Under the pieces are notes generated by a model. The model saw only the letters and a list, made by a program, of their open reading frames with translations, did no database searches and was not told the origin of the DNA. The position numbers and the translations under genes are program-made. Below, piece after piece: positions 36,435 through 49,082 of a stretch of DNA of 64,000 nucleotides; the stretch's first letter is position 1; each line of letters starts with the position of its first letter. Origin of the DNA: Callorhinchus milii (lineage: Eukaryota); contig NW_024704742.1 of NCBI RefSeq assembly GCF_018977255.1, forward strand, positions 52,826,001 through 52,890,000. The letters are read 5' to 3'.

Positions 36435-37298
36435 TGACCTATATTGTAGCATCATAAAAATATACCTATTTAAAAAGAAAAAAACATTTTGTGCAACCTT
36501 CAGCCCAGCTAGCTCCCCAGTTATTGAATTGTATTCTAAATATTTTGCATCACCTTTCAACAAAACTATCTGTGGAAGCCACAAATAGCTAAGGGATTCC
36601 ACAGAATTGTTTTCTGGAGAGGAAAGCATAAGCAATGAATAAAGCAAGGTTATAATGAGGAGATAGTGCACGCTTTTTATAGTCTAAAAGGTAAAATAAT
36701 TATATTTCAAGTCCATATATTATATACACTCACTGTAAACAGCTTTATAAGTGGCAAATTATGTTACCCTCAATATCATGATTAAGGCTTCCATCTTTCT
36801 ATCGTAATACACTATATAAACATTATGAAAGTATCCAAGTGATTAAAAAATACCAATGATGTAACATCTGAACCCTACTTGTGGTTAGGAGAGAGGTGTC
36901 TGAACAAGGATAAATAGTCAAGAACAACAGATCAAACAGCCAGAAGATAGCGTGCTTCTCTTGAGGCAATCTGGGCCTCTGACATTGAAGTTATTTTCAG
37001 TGTATACTGGCCCAGGATCAGTAATCTCTAAAAATTGCATTACGAATTCTGAAATTAATAACAATTGGTAAGACTTTCAGAACTCAAATGCCTTAAAAGA
37101 TGAATCCTCACCACTTTGGGGGAGTGAAATGCTGGAGGGGAGCCTTGTGCTGGAAGTGAGATGCTGGAGGGGGCAATGTGGTGAATCACATTGCCATCAC
37201 ACATTCACACACAATGTGATGACATTGATGCCATAAGAAATCTTCAAATTATACTTTTGTAAGTGGCGGGGGAAACTACCAACAACGTTACAGTCCTT

Positions 37299-38117
37299 TT
37301 AATGTCTACAATATTCACTTGTAACATTTGGAAGTGGATAGGCATATAATGAAAAGTCCATAATGTATTTTGGCAAAAGCTCGTTTACAAGTCCTTGTGG
37401 CACTTTACACAGGTAATAATGTAAGGTCTCTTTAGTGACGGGTTTATACCACCCTTGTCTTAGAGGAAACTGAACATTCTCCGGGGCCCCAACACGGTGA
37501 AGTACAAACCGTGCATCACTGTGCAATTGTTCATAGGAGCCAATATAATCGTACATCACAGCACATGGTTGGCACAGGTTATAAACTGGCATCCAATGTT
37601 CATTCATCTTTTCTACATCTTCATCCAGCAAGTATTGTAAAAATTCAGTAAATGTAACATCATCTCCCTTGGACTGCCCTATGTTTTTCCTATATCTTTT
37701 AACAATCTCCATTCCATACCTCTTTTGGTAAGCTTCAATCTCACCAAACTTGTTCCGGTAGGCAGACAACAATCTTTCCATAGGGTCTCGAACAAATATG
37801 AACTTAAAATAATTTCTGAGCCTGTATTTAATTTCACTTGGCTTCAAGTCTCCCAGGAAGACTAAGTCATTCTTGTGGTTCATTTTAATTTGCACATCCA
37901 CATTCTCCAGAGCTCCATTCAGAACTTTAACAACACGCTTCCAGTTAGAGCATGCAACTTTTGGAACATAACAATACAAAAACTTATATTCATCGTTGAC
38001 TAGAATATGTTTCAGTAAGGTCCGCCGATGAGTTGGTATTAAATCCCAGATGCTGTGTGGCATACTCCTATGCTTGCAGACATTTTGAATAGTCCGATTC
38101 CGAATCTCTTGAACAAT
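37299..38117 (-). CDS. CHST14: CHST14 exon 2 (sulfotransferase domain, stop)
   Basis: Acceptor ttcctcctcag|ATT; contains [13 protein letters not shown] (5'-PSB) and [15 protein letters not shown] (3'-PB) motifs and the [14 protein letters not shown] segment; 819 bp, phase 0. Confidence 0.95.
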   Translation of the reverse strand: MVQEIRNRTIQNVCKHRSMPHSIWDLIPTHRRTLLKHILVNDEYKFLYCYVPKVACSNWKRVVKVLNGALENVDVQIKMNHKNDLVFLGDLKPSEIKYRLRNYFKFIFVRDPMERLLSAYRNKFGEIEAYQKRYGMEIVKRYRKNIGQSKGDDVTFTEFLQYLLDEDVEKMNEHWMPVYNLCQPCAVMYDYIGSYEQLHSDARFVLHRVGAPENVQFPLRQGWYKPVTKETLHYYLCKVPQGLVNELLPKYIMDFSLYAYPLPNVTSEYCRH

Positions 38118-41100
38118 CTGAGGAGGAATAAAAAAATATTAAATATCAGGTCAAATAATTTGGGGATATGAATTTAGAGTAGGTGTTTAAGACAAATATG
38201 TAAAACAAACTGTTACAGTGAGAAATTACTCTGACCAAAACAGAAACTCACTTTGGTTCCTGCTGCACAACAACTGCATTTAATGACACTCTTACAGGTA
38301 GCTTTACAGAACTGAAAGGCCCAATGATATTCCTATACAGCAGGTAATTGATAATTTGAACATCATTATAAAAGTAGTAATATTTGTGAATGAAGAGCAT
38401 TTTCAATACTGTATACTCACTTCTGGATAGACAAATGACACAAGAGAAAGAAGTCATATGATACTCCCTTCAAAAAATAATTTTAATCCAATTTATGCTC
38501 ATACTTGCACAATAGGTCATTTAGGAGCAGGAATATAGAAGATCACAGTTCTTGTCAACCACAAGGTCTTCACGTCTTCAGACTATTGCAGATTTTATAA
38601 GATAATATACTGACACATAAATAATACATTATAATTCTCTCCAACAAGTACCTAAAACTCTCAATGATTCCACATATACATTGCATTTATATAACTGAAC
38701 GGTCCTCTACAACATAAGTTCAGCCCAACTCAGTTGCACTCTCACCTGGGTCAGGAGATTGTGGGTGCAAGCCCATGTCAGGACTTTGAACTCATAGTTT
38801 AGGCTGACACTCCGGTCCAGTGATGGGGGAGTGCTGCATTGTTAAACATGCCTTAACTTTCCACTTTTTGTTTTTCTTCCACCTCTCCTAAATTTGCTCT
38901 TTCAATTTGTTGAATCTTTTGGATGTCTGTTTTCAAGGATATCAAGGGTATATCTTCCTGATGTACATTTACTGAGATACCAACTGAACCGCTGAAGGAA
39001 CGCATTACAGGTCATTAACAACATTACTAAATGACAGCAAAAGGGATCAACATGCAATAACACAGATTTATACATATATTGTACAGCAAGGGAACAAGCC
39101 ATTCAACCCAACTAGTCTATACAAGTGTTTATGCTCCACATAAGTTCCCACCCACTCTCCTTTCTCCTTACGATACCCTCTACCTCATGTGTATATCTAA
39201 CATTAAAAAAAATGTAACTAGTACTTTGCACTGAAGCATTCCAAAGCAGTTTAATTGTAGGCGCACTAAAAAGCTCTCCTCAGCCCCTGGCAAAAAACAC
39301 TGGTTTTGATAATTACAATTGTTTGCCCCTCTACCAGGTAGGTGTAATTAGTTGTCTCTCTCCAATAATAAGTAATAATAATCCATGCATTTAATATAGA
39401 GCCTTATCATATGATCAAAACATCTCAAAGCGCTTCACAAGAAGTATGTAAAGTAGCGAATATGTATTTGTACTCAACTCTACCCTTCTACCCTATTCTA
39501 CCCTTCACGCTGTCTCCCACCTCCAATAGCTTGTTGAATCCATTAAACATCTGTAATTATAATTGTGAGCTTTTTGGTATCCTGGTCCCTGGGCCAGGTG
39601 GGACCAGAGTACTTCAGAGCACTGCTGATGACATATCAGCCAATGCTTTCAATGGCTCACTTTGTGGTTTTAACTGGCTAATGTCTCGCAGTATCCCAAC
39701 TCACACTCTTGGATCCCCAAGCCTTATCTCTTGCCAAACTGAAGCAAATAATAATATTCACATTTGGTATAGTTCCTTTCACTCCAGGTAATATCCCAAA
39801 GGGCTTCACTGTAAAGTGCACTGAATGTGTTTTACGGGCAAACTCTCCAAAATTAGGGTAAGCAGAGTGTATCCCTCTGGGGAGATAGTGCAAGATACAA
39901 AATGTAAATCACAATGAATATCAAAGATCTTTGCTCAGTTGGACATAAAGGACTGTGCTATTCTTGTATTATAACCTTTTAGCTTAACCTCAATAATTAG
40001 GCTGGAATGGTTCTTTAAGGCAAGCTTAACAAAAGCCTCTTTCCAAAGACTAATGAGGCTATACTTCCAAATCAAATGACTAGACTAGCAGCATTACATA
40101 AGACTATTGCTGCATTTTAAAAGAACATCACACCATTAGTCACAGTGTGCACATCACAGCAGGAAATCAGAATGACCTTGGAGGAAAGAAAAACATTCTT
40201 GTTATATCCCAAATGCAGCAATTTTGAGAATACTGATTTCTCAAAAGGGAGGGAGGGGGGAGGGGGAACTACACAAAATGGCTGCTTTTTAGTTTTAAAA
40301 TTACATTACAAAAACACATCTCCCTTAATATAGCATTTAGGGTGTGGAGCAATTTAATTTCTTCCTTCAGCTCCAAAATTCAAAAGCTCAAAACTCGAGG
40401 ACCATTTCCAACATTTCACTGCTGAAGCTGTATGTCTACTTTCTTCAACAAATATAAACGTTCAACTAGTATAGAAATTCACTTCATATTAGTTTAACAG
40501 AGAATACAATAAACACAAGCAAAATCAACTCCTTCACTTTATCAAATGGATAGAAGATTCACTCTAGGGAGTGATGCTGATTTTAAGTAAACAAAGATTG
40601 TTCACTATTTTAAATCTTTAGGAAAAATGCAAGAGATCACTGTCAAAATTGAAAAAGTTTATAGTAATAATTTATGTTAGGTTATCTATGAATCTGGAAT
40701 TGTCCCTAGTACATTTTGAAGGTTCCCAAAAAGCATATGGAATGATTATTTCAATCAGTTTTGATGATGATTCAATAAAATGTCAGAACATGCAATCACC
40801 TTTCCAAGCCATTATGAGATTACTTCAACTGCTGAAGTATTTATTTTAAGTTCTTTTTGAATATCTGAATTACTGTGCCTCACTCTATTGCAGTTATGTA
40901 AAAACATAACTGAATCTGACTAAATCAAGCCTATGTACAAGCATTTAAATCTTTTTAAACAGCTGATTACCCAACATACATTTGGAATTCAAGTTTCTAA
41001 ATCTAAAAATAGTATGACAAGAGATTCCCCAAGGAATATTGATGCTTTCAGAAGAATGATGCGTTCCAGACTTGTACTATTACGATCGAACTGCACTTTT

Positions 41101-42859
41101 TCAAAGTAACAAACAATTCTACTATAGTGTCTGCAATTGAAAAGCAGGTATCATGCCTCGGACTATTCATTTAATGAGAAATCTAATTTGAACATTCATA
41201 TGAAGGACAGCAGCACTGACAATGCTGTATCCCCTGCTCTGGAGTATTAGCCTAAACTGTGAGCTCAATGTGAGCCTTAAACCCACAACCTTCTAACGCA
41301 GACTTGAGAATCTTACCAACTGAGCCAAACTAATGCCATGTCCAGTAATAGATGCAAGAAACAAAAGTACCTGAAGGGCAATAAAAGCAGTGAAATAAAA
41401 CCATGTAATTACTTTTAGTTCAAGTCATGCAGCACAAAAGCACTTTAGGCACTTCTATTATATGAGCGGCAAGTGTCAATGGCCAAATAAACACCTCCAA
41501 ACGCAAAATAAAACCAGCAGCTTCTTGGATACACAAAGCAAGCAGACGATGCACGGTATCTAACTTTCAAGAATATTAACACATCTCAGAAGCTCAGGTT
41601 CAAGTTAAAATTGAGTATACTAAAGAAAGAACTTAATCTTATAACATGTTATCAATCTGAAACAGTTCAACACTCTTCACAAGTAACTGCAGTGATGTGT
41701 TGGAACTATTTCATATTCAAACACTGCAGCAATTTGCACATAGCTATAGCCACAACAGTAAGTAAAAGACTAAATCTCTAAGATGGTTGGCCAGGAGTAG
41801 AGGGAAAAAAACTTAAATCCTGATATGGTGTTTGATCTCCTGCTTCTGACCCAGTGGAGAGACTGCCATCAAGTCAAACTGTTAACACGAGACTAATACA
41901 GAACAGAGCTTTGCTCCTAGCAGTTTGGCATACCCTCTAACACACATGTCTCACTCTACAGTTGAATTATTACCAGCCATTTATTTCAGTCTTCCTCTTT
42001 GCTACTCAAACATCTCATTTTTGCTTGTAAATTCTAACCCTTTAACATAGTTTGGTCCAAGATCCAAGTGTTCATGATAAGAAACCAGATTCTGGTCACA
42101 CGTAAAAGACAAACTCACAAGCAAAAAAATGCTTACTGTACTGTCCCATCCAGGAGGATTTGGAGAGTGTGAATAAGGTCTGTGTGTGAATCCTTCTGAT
42201 CAGCTGTTAGTTCTAATAAATAATAAAGTTCCATAACATTACAGTTGAGAGTCCAAAACCTGCACTATTTGGAGCATACACTGCTGAGTGACACTAAAGT
42301 GTAATTGGGGTATACACTGCTGAGTTTAACTAAAATCTTCTTCCCCACTGTACAGTACCAGCCAACCCTACTGCCTGCCTCGCTCCACACAGTACCAGCC
42401 ATTCTCTCCTTCCAAACACAGACACAGCTCTTCTCTCACCTTCCACTCAGTGTCAGTCCTTCTCTTTCACTTCCTGCAGTACACACACACAAAAAACACC
42501 ACCCGTTGATAGACACAAGAGCAGGGTGTTTGCCAGTATTACTAAGACCTGTCAGTATCCCTGCCAATATTCACAAGACAAATTCATCTGTCATAACTGC
42601 TGTTTTGGAACAGTTGTGACAGACAAAACAGTTCAAATCCCAGTGGACAGGTTGGCTTCACCACGAAAACAAACTATTCTCCTGGGTAAAGGCAAGAGTC
42701 TCCCTATGTCTGAAAGAGAAGACACATCTGGTAAAGTCGGGCAGGTGCATGATAGTCCCGGTGATGGTGTTGATAGTTGAGCAGCCCGACCACCTCATCC
42801 AGGAGGACTTGGCAATGTCCTCAACACTGGCAAACACAACCCTCAGAGTGGGTAACGGA

Positions 42860-43172
42860 GAGCCTAGGTTACCGTTCATTCTTTGGATAAGACCTTAAAC
42901 CTAGGTCCCATCTGCCTATTCAGGTGGACGTTAAAAATCCCATAGCACTATTCGAAAAGAGAAGGAATTCCCAGTGTCCTGGCAACAATCCCCTCAAATA
43001 AAAAGAATTGGTCATTCGTTTAATGGCTCTTTGTGGGATATCGCTATGCACACCTGCGTTACCATACTTGCCTTCAAATACACTCCTTTTCACAGCAAAT
43101 GCTGTGAAGCATTTGAGATATCCTTCTGACGTGATAAGGCGCTATACCAAATGCAATTATTATTATTATTAT
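42860..43172 (+). mobile_element. Older Deu-domain SINE (further decayed copies near 31850-32085 - and 52060-52360 -)
   Basis: ttaaacc.aggtcccatctgcc..ttcaggtggacgttaaaaatcccat.gcactattcgaa...gtgtcctggc resembles the recalled Deu-domain of AmnSINE1/SacSINE1. Confidence 0.65.
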
Positions 43173-43344
43173 TAGTGCGACGCCTGCCGGACAAATGGCA
43201 CGGCACTTAACCAGGTGTGGCCTTTACCATTGCTAGCTGACTCCTGTCACATTGCGGGCGCAGATGAGGCCGGCATCACGGAAAGAGAGAGGCATTGCAT
43301 GTGGGAGGCATGTTCAGATGCCTTGTCCAAAAAGCGTCTTTAGT

Positions 43345-43698
43345 GCCTATGTGTATGTCTCTGTATGTGTGTCTGTGTCTGTATGAGAGTCTTCTGCATC
43401 TGCGTGTCTGTGCGCGTGCGCCTGACTGTGTCTGCGTGCATGTCTATGTGTCTGTGTGCATATCTGCGTGCGCGCGTCTGTGTATGTGTGTGTTTCTGGA
43501 TATGTGTGTGTATGTATGTGTGTGTGTGTGTGTGTGTATGTATGTGCGTGTATGTATGTGTGTGTGTATGTATGTGTGTGTGTGTATATGTGTGTGTGTG
43601 TATATGTATGTGTGTGTGTATATGTATGTGTGTGTGTGTTTGTATATGTGTGTATGTATGTATGTATGTATGTATGTATGTATGTATGTGTGTGCATG

Positions 43699-43729
<31 letters not shown>

Positions 43730-43948
43730 ATATGTATGTGTGTGTGTATATGTGTGTGCATATGTGTGTGTGTGTATATATGTGTGTGTATGTATGTGTG
43801 TGTATGTATGTGTATATGTGTGTGTATGTATGTGTATGTGTGTGTGTATGTATGTGTGTGTGTATGCGTATATGTGTGTGTGTGTGTGTATGTGTATATG
43901 TGTGTGTGTATGTGTATATGTGTGTGTGTGTATGTGTGTGTGTGTGTA

Positions 43949-43979
<31 letters not shown>

Positions 43980-44540
43980 ATGTGTGTATGTGTATATGTG
44001 TGTGTATGTGTGTGTGTGTATATATGTGTGTGTGTATATATGTATATATGTGTGTGTGTATATATGTGTGTATGTGTATGTGTGTGTATATATATGTGTG
44101 TGTGTATATATGTGTGTATATGTGTGTATGTGTGTGTGTGTGTGTATATATGTGTGTATGTGTATGTGTGTGTGTATATATGTGTGTGTGTATATGTGTG
44201 TGTATATGTGTGTGTGTATATGTGTGTGTGTGTGTATATATGTGTGTGTGTGTGTATATATGTGTGTATGTGTGTGTATATATGTGTGTATGTGTGTGTA
44301 TATATGTGTGTATGTGTATGTGTGTGTATGTATATGTGTGTGTGTGTGTATATGTGTGTGTATATATATGTGTGTGTGTGTGTGTATATGTGTGTATGTG
44401 TGTGTATATATATGTGTGTGTGTATATATATGTGTGTGTGTGTGTATATATATGTGTGTGTATATGTGTGTATGTGTGTGTGTGTGTATATATGTGTATA
44501 TGTGTATGTGTGTGTGTGTGTGTATATATGTGTGTATATG

Positions 44541-44593
<53 letters not shown>

Positions 44594-44606
44594 GTGTGTG
44601 TGTATG
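43345..44606. repeat. Compound (TG)n/(TA)n microsatellite in the CHST14 intron
   Basis: Directly visible; begins about 22 nt from the exon 1 donor. Confidence 0.97.
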
Positions 44607-45345
44607 TCCCGCCTTCAACGATGGGTACCTGATAGTCCGGGTCTGTTGGCTGCTCCAGTAACCGCTGTTGCCCGGGGTCGGGCTCTCCGCTGCGCTGCGG
44701 CCGTCTCCTCGCTCCGTAGGCGCGGGCGGTGGCCAGCGAGTCCACCTCGGCCAACATGCCCTTCTGGATCATGAGCAGGAGGCCGCCCGACGCCACGATC
44801 ACCGCGAACGTGAGCATGGTGGGCAACAACACGGCTCTGCGAGCCGCCCGGGCCGCCGCCAGCCCGCCCATGGCCGCCAGCGCCCCCCCCACCACCGGCG
44901 CCGCCGCCCCGCTCCTCCCGCCCTCACTAACCGACTGACTGACTAACGGCCGAGAGGTCGCGCGAGGCAGTGACCGGCACTTTCAAACAGCCGCTCGGAA
45001 GCTGCAGACCCTCGCCTCGCGCTGCCGAAGCCGCTACCGCTCGGCACCACTGCTGCGCATGCTCGCCCGCCGAGCGTGATGAGCTCTGGGAGCTGCAGTT
45101 CTTTCCCGGCTCACGCTTCGGCGGAGATCCCGGTGGAGGACTACGACTCCCAGAATCTTCCTCTGCCATTGCCCCGCAGGCTGGCCGCGGTAACGCGGTG
45201 CGCTCTGGGAGCTGTAGTTTCTCTGCCCTCTCCATTGGCTTTGGCTGCGTCAGAGACGCCGCTGAGCTCCTCGCATCCCACAATCCACCGCGCAAACCAT
45301 TCCTGCCGAAGTGCCACAGCAGCCGACTCCTGGTATTGGGAATGT
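44600..45345 (-). promoter_or_regulatory. CpG island promoter of CHST14 with three ZNF143/SBS-type motifs, an NRF1-like site and a CCAAT box
   Basis: Dense CpG; ACTACGACTCCCAGAATC at 45140-45157; reverse-strand ACTACAGCTCCCAGAG at about 45203-45218 and ACTGCAGCTCCCAGAG at about 45084-45099; TGCGCATGCTC at 45054-45064; ATTGG near 45234. Confidence 0.75.
44629..44871 (-). CDS. CHST14: CHST14 exon 1 (cytoplasmic tail, transmembrane segment, stem)
   Basis: Kozak gcggccATGG at 44871; LLPTMLTFAVIVASGGLLLMIQKGMLAEV matches the recalled CHST14 TM segment; CAG|gtaccc phase-0 donor joins exon 2 in frame (about 353 aa total). Confidence 0.92.
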
Positions 45346-45351
45346 CAGACA

Positions 45352-45523
45352 CCCGGGCAACACGAGTAATAGCCGAGTAACAACCGGGCAACACGAGTAA
45401 CAGCCCAGTAACACCAGTAACAGTCGGGCAACACGAGTAACAGCCCATTAACAGCCGAGCAACACGAGTAACAGCCCATTAACATGAGTAACAGCCCAGT
45501 AACATGAGTAACAGCCCGGTAAT
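45352..45523. repeat. Degenerate minisatellite (gcaacacgagtaacagcc-type units)
   Basis: Repeated caacacgagtaa and agtaacagccc blocks. Confidence 0.85.
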
Positions 45524-47199
45524 TCTGGAGAGTGACAGGCATGGGTTGGAGAGAACCAACAAGGCTTGGGTGCGTGTTACGGATCTGATGGAGTTCAACC
45601 TGATAACTCGCATAGGTTGCCATTGAGCGCACTGGCTGGGCCGCCTTCAACAACAGCAGCGATAACTAACCACTAGCAATCGTAAACCAGTTGTGATTGG
45701 CCTCAACAACCTGAGCTAAGGGAGACGGTGTGATGAGCTATACGGCATTTCATCATTCCAAATGTGATATATATATATAGTCACGGGAGGTAGGGAGTCT
45801 TCCCACCCAAGCTCAAGTTAACCCTGCGATTCAAAGCCCTTACGGGAGCCATAGGAGCCATGTATCCTAGTGAGATATAATGGGAGAAAAATAAAGAGGA
45901 TGATCCCTTTAAAAAATTAGATGGAAAATATTTACAACCAGAATAGAACCATAGAATTTCACAGCACAGAAGTAGGCCAATCCTTTCAATCCCATTTACC
46001 AGTGTTTTCCAGATAACTATGTAGTTTACTCCTTTGCACAAGCATGAGTCTGAATTCATGTCTCAGCATGTCAGAGGTAGAAAGATAACATACCAGAGAA
46101 GCATAAGGGCTTGTCAATCAGTGAACCAGCTTTCAATGAATTTGCAGTACACTAAAATAAGACAGTAATCCATACACATTGGATCTTATTGTACTATAAG
46201 TCAGTTGCATAGATAATTAGTTGGTTAATCAGGCAGAAGCTGCTTTATCATTATTACTTTGCTTTCGTAAACCTTCTTTAGAATTTTAGTTGGCAAATTG
46301 CTGCCGGAAATTGTTGTGGAATATTTCAATACATTTGACACATTCTACAATAACTCTAGATGTGACTCACTTTATGGCCAGAATGGGTAGATCTTCTACA
46401 TGCTGTCGCGTTTGGGTAAGAATTAGAAATTATGGATTGTCAGATGCACTATTGCTGATCTGCAGAACTCCACTCCGATGTTAATCGCAGTTCCAACTTC
46501 TGTGGAACTGTCAGAGGGTCGACAATTGGACACATTGACACGTTGGAGATTTGCTATTTACAAATCCTTTTGCAGATCTCACAATTTAGATTCTTATAAT
46601 ATTTGCAAATTCATCTGGATTTTAATGTATTGCCTCATTTGAAAATGGCTATGTCATGCTTCAGAATGTAATCTGAAATGGTGCAGTGAGAAGCATGTAT
46701 TCCTTAAATACGATCCTGGGGGTGGGGGATTAACGCTGCAGGCTCAGCCTGTGATGTGCTGTTTCCTTATTACTGTTGACACACTGCAAACAGGCATATG
46801 AAACAGTTATTAAAAAATCTTTGCTTTTCAAAGGTTGTGTTCGTATCTCCACCAAACGAAGGCTGAAAATCCTTCTGTTTATCTACACAGATATTACAGG
46901 CAATTAGTCTTAACACAGAGATGCTAATCTTGTGGCTCACCTTGGAATATGTTCCTGTATTTCCTGCCTCCACCCTCGGCTCCAGGTCAGGACAGCAGTG
47001 GTCCTGGAGTCGAGGGTGGAGGCATAGAGGTAGAGTTGACACCATGTCTGAGAGCAGGTGCGTTGAAGAGAGCAATATGGAGAGGGATGGAAAGAAAGAC
47101 ATAAAATTTGTTAATATTAATAATAATAGTAATAATAATAATACTTATATTTTGTATAGTGCCTTTCACGTTGGGAGGACAACCCAAAATGCTTCACAG

Positions 47200-49082
47200 A
47201 ATCCAACAACAACAACAAAATTACATTTGTATAGCGCCTTTCAAGGGAGCGGGACGGATGATAGGGGGTTAGTAGGACACACAGGTAGGGGGGAACAAAA
47301 CCGTGGAGGGCTTTGAAGGTGAGGACCAGGATCTTGAACTGTGATGAGAAGCCAGTGGAGTCGGGCAAGGATGGGGGGGTCATAGGGTCGTGGAGCCCAG
47401 TGCAAGACAGGACACGGGCTGCAGAATTCTGAATGATCTGCAGCCTATGGAGCGAGAAATTGGGGAAGCCGACAAGCAGGGAGTTTGCGTAGTCGAGCCT
47501 GGATGTGATGAATGCGTATATGAGGGTCTTGGCGGCCTGTGGTGTGAGACAGTGGTGGAGCCGGGCAATGTTGCGGAGCTGGGGGAAGGCAGAGCGGGTT
47601 ATGTCACGGATTTGGGGTAAAAAAGGACAGTTGTGGGTCAAACAAGATGCCAAGGTTCCAGACTAGCCCAGTGAGGTGGAGGGTGATGCTGTCAGTGCCT
47701 GAGGTGTAGATGCACTGACAGGAGCCAATCAGGAAGACTTCGTTTTTTTTTACTTTCAACAGTAGCAAGTTAGCTCTCATCTAGTACTTGATGTCTGACA
47801 GACATTCCATAGTGTGGAAATTGACAGAGCCCTGAGGAACGTGGCACGAGATGATGTGGGGGCTAGAGGAGAAACCGTTTTTGGAGATGAAGTGGAGAAG
47901 GTGTGAGAGGCTGGATCTGAACCATTCAAGGACAAAACTATGGTTGAGGTGAGAGGACGTTCGGTGGAGGAGGATAGAGTAGTCAACGGTATCAAAGGCA
48001 GCCGAGACGTCAAGGAGGATGAGAAGGCCTGTGGAGTCCTGTAGCTCAGTGGTTAGAGCACTTGCTTTGCAAGTGAGAGACCTGAGTTCAATTCCAGCAG
48101 GGCGAAGCCTTGGGCAAGTTTCCTTACTCCACACAGAGCATAATAATAATCCCTCCAAAACCAAAGACAATAATTAAAAAATTGGTCATTTTCAATCTAC
48201 GACTGTTTGTGGGACATTGCTGTGCGCAATTGGCTGCCGCGTTCGCCCACAAATATATACAGTCAATTCACTTTACAGTGTGTTCTGTGAAGCGCTTTGG
48301 GACGTCCTCCTGACGTGAAAAGCGCTATATCAAATGCAAGGATTATTATTATTATTATTATAAGGCAGAGGAAGGCCTAGTCGCAGATGGACATAATGTC
48401 ATTTGTTACTTTGACCAAAGCTGTTTCTGTGCTGTGGGCGGCACAGAAACCCGATTGGAGGTGTTCGTGAAGGGAGTGGCGGGAGAGGAAGCAGCAAAGT
48501 TTGGAAGCAACGACTCATTCTAGGTCCTTGGAGAGGAAAGGGAGGTTGGAGATGGGGCAGTTGTTTGAGAGCAGTAATGGGTCCAGGGAGGGCTTTTTAA
48601 TGATAGGAGTGATAACAGCCATTTTTAAAGGGGTGGGAACAATGCCAGTGGACAGAGAGAGGTTTATAATGTCTGTGAGTAGAGGGGCAAGGAGGTGGAG
48701 CTGGGAAGTAAAAAGAGGGGTAAGGATGGGGTTGAAGTTTTGGAGGGAGGGATGGGTAGGCGCCGGGGTATGAGGGGAAGATGGGGAGGGAGTAGTGGTT
48801 GGAAGGGCAGAAGTAGCTGAGCGGATTCCCTTGATTTGGGTTTTGAGGAAGTCCAGCATCTCTTCGCAGTTAGTGTTGGAGGAGAGGATGGGCAAGGCAT
48901 GAGGGGGTGGCCTTACGAGCCAGCTGGTGATGGAGAAGAGGAGTCTGGGGTTGTCCTTGGCCTCCAAGGTTGTCTTGGAGTAGAAGGACAAATTATCAGA
49001 GGCGTGGGTGGAGTGGTAAGATTTGATGAGGTCCAGCCAGATCTGCTGATGGACTGTTAAGTTGGATTTGATCCAGGTGCGT
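47200..49082 (-). mobile_element. Degenerate L2 LINE with nested SINE
   Basis: [37 protein letters not shown]...PISNLPFLSK remnants. Confidence 0.85.
48033..48361 (+). mobile_element. Full-length tRNA-derived SINE nested in L2
   Basis: Same family; aaggc on both sides is a possible short TSD. Confidence 0.9.

Noticed and set aside
37299..38063. Single-exon 254-aa sulfotransferase starting at MPHSIW
   Set aside because: The frame extends upstream to an acceptor at 38118, and the TM-encoding exon is at 44629-44871
43295..44774. 400-480 aa Cys/Val/Tyr- or His/Thr-rich ORFs
   Set aside because: Translations of the TG/TA microsatellite; only the part of the 43444-44895 ORF above 44629 is real (CHST14 exon 1)
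45352..45523. CRISPR-like repeat array
   Set aside because: Units are irregular with no unique spacers and no cas genes, and the context is eukaryotic
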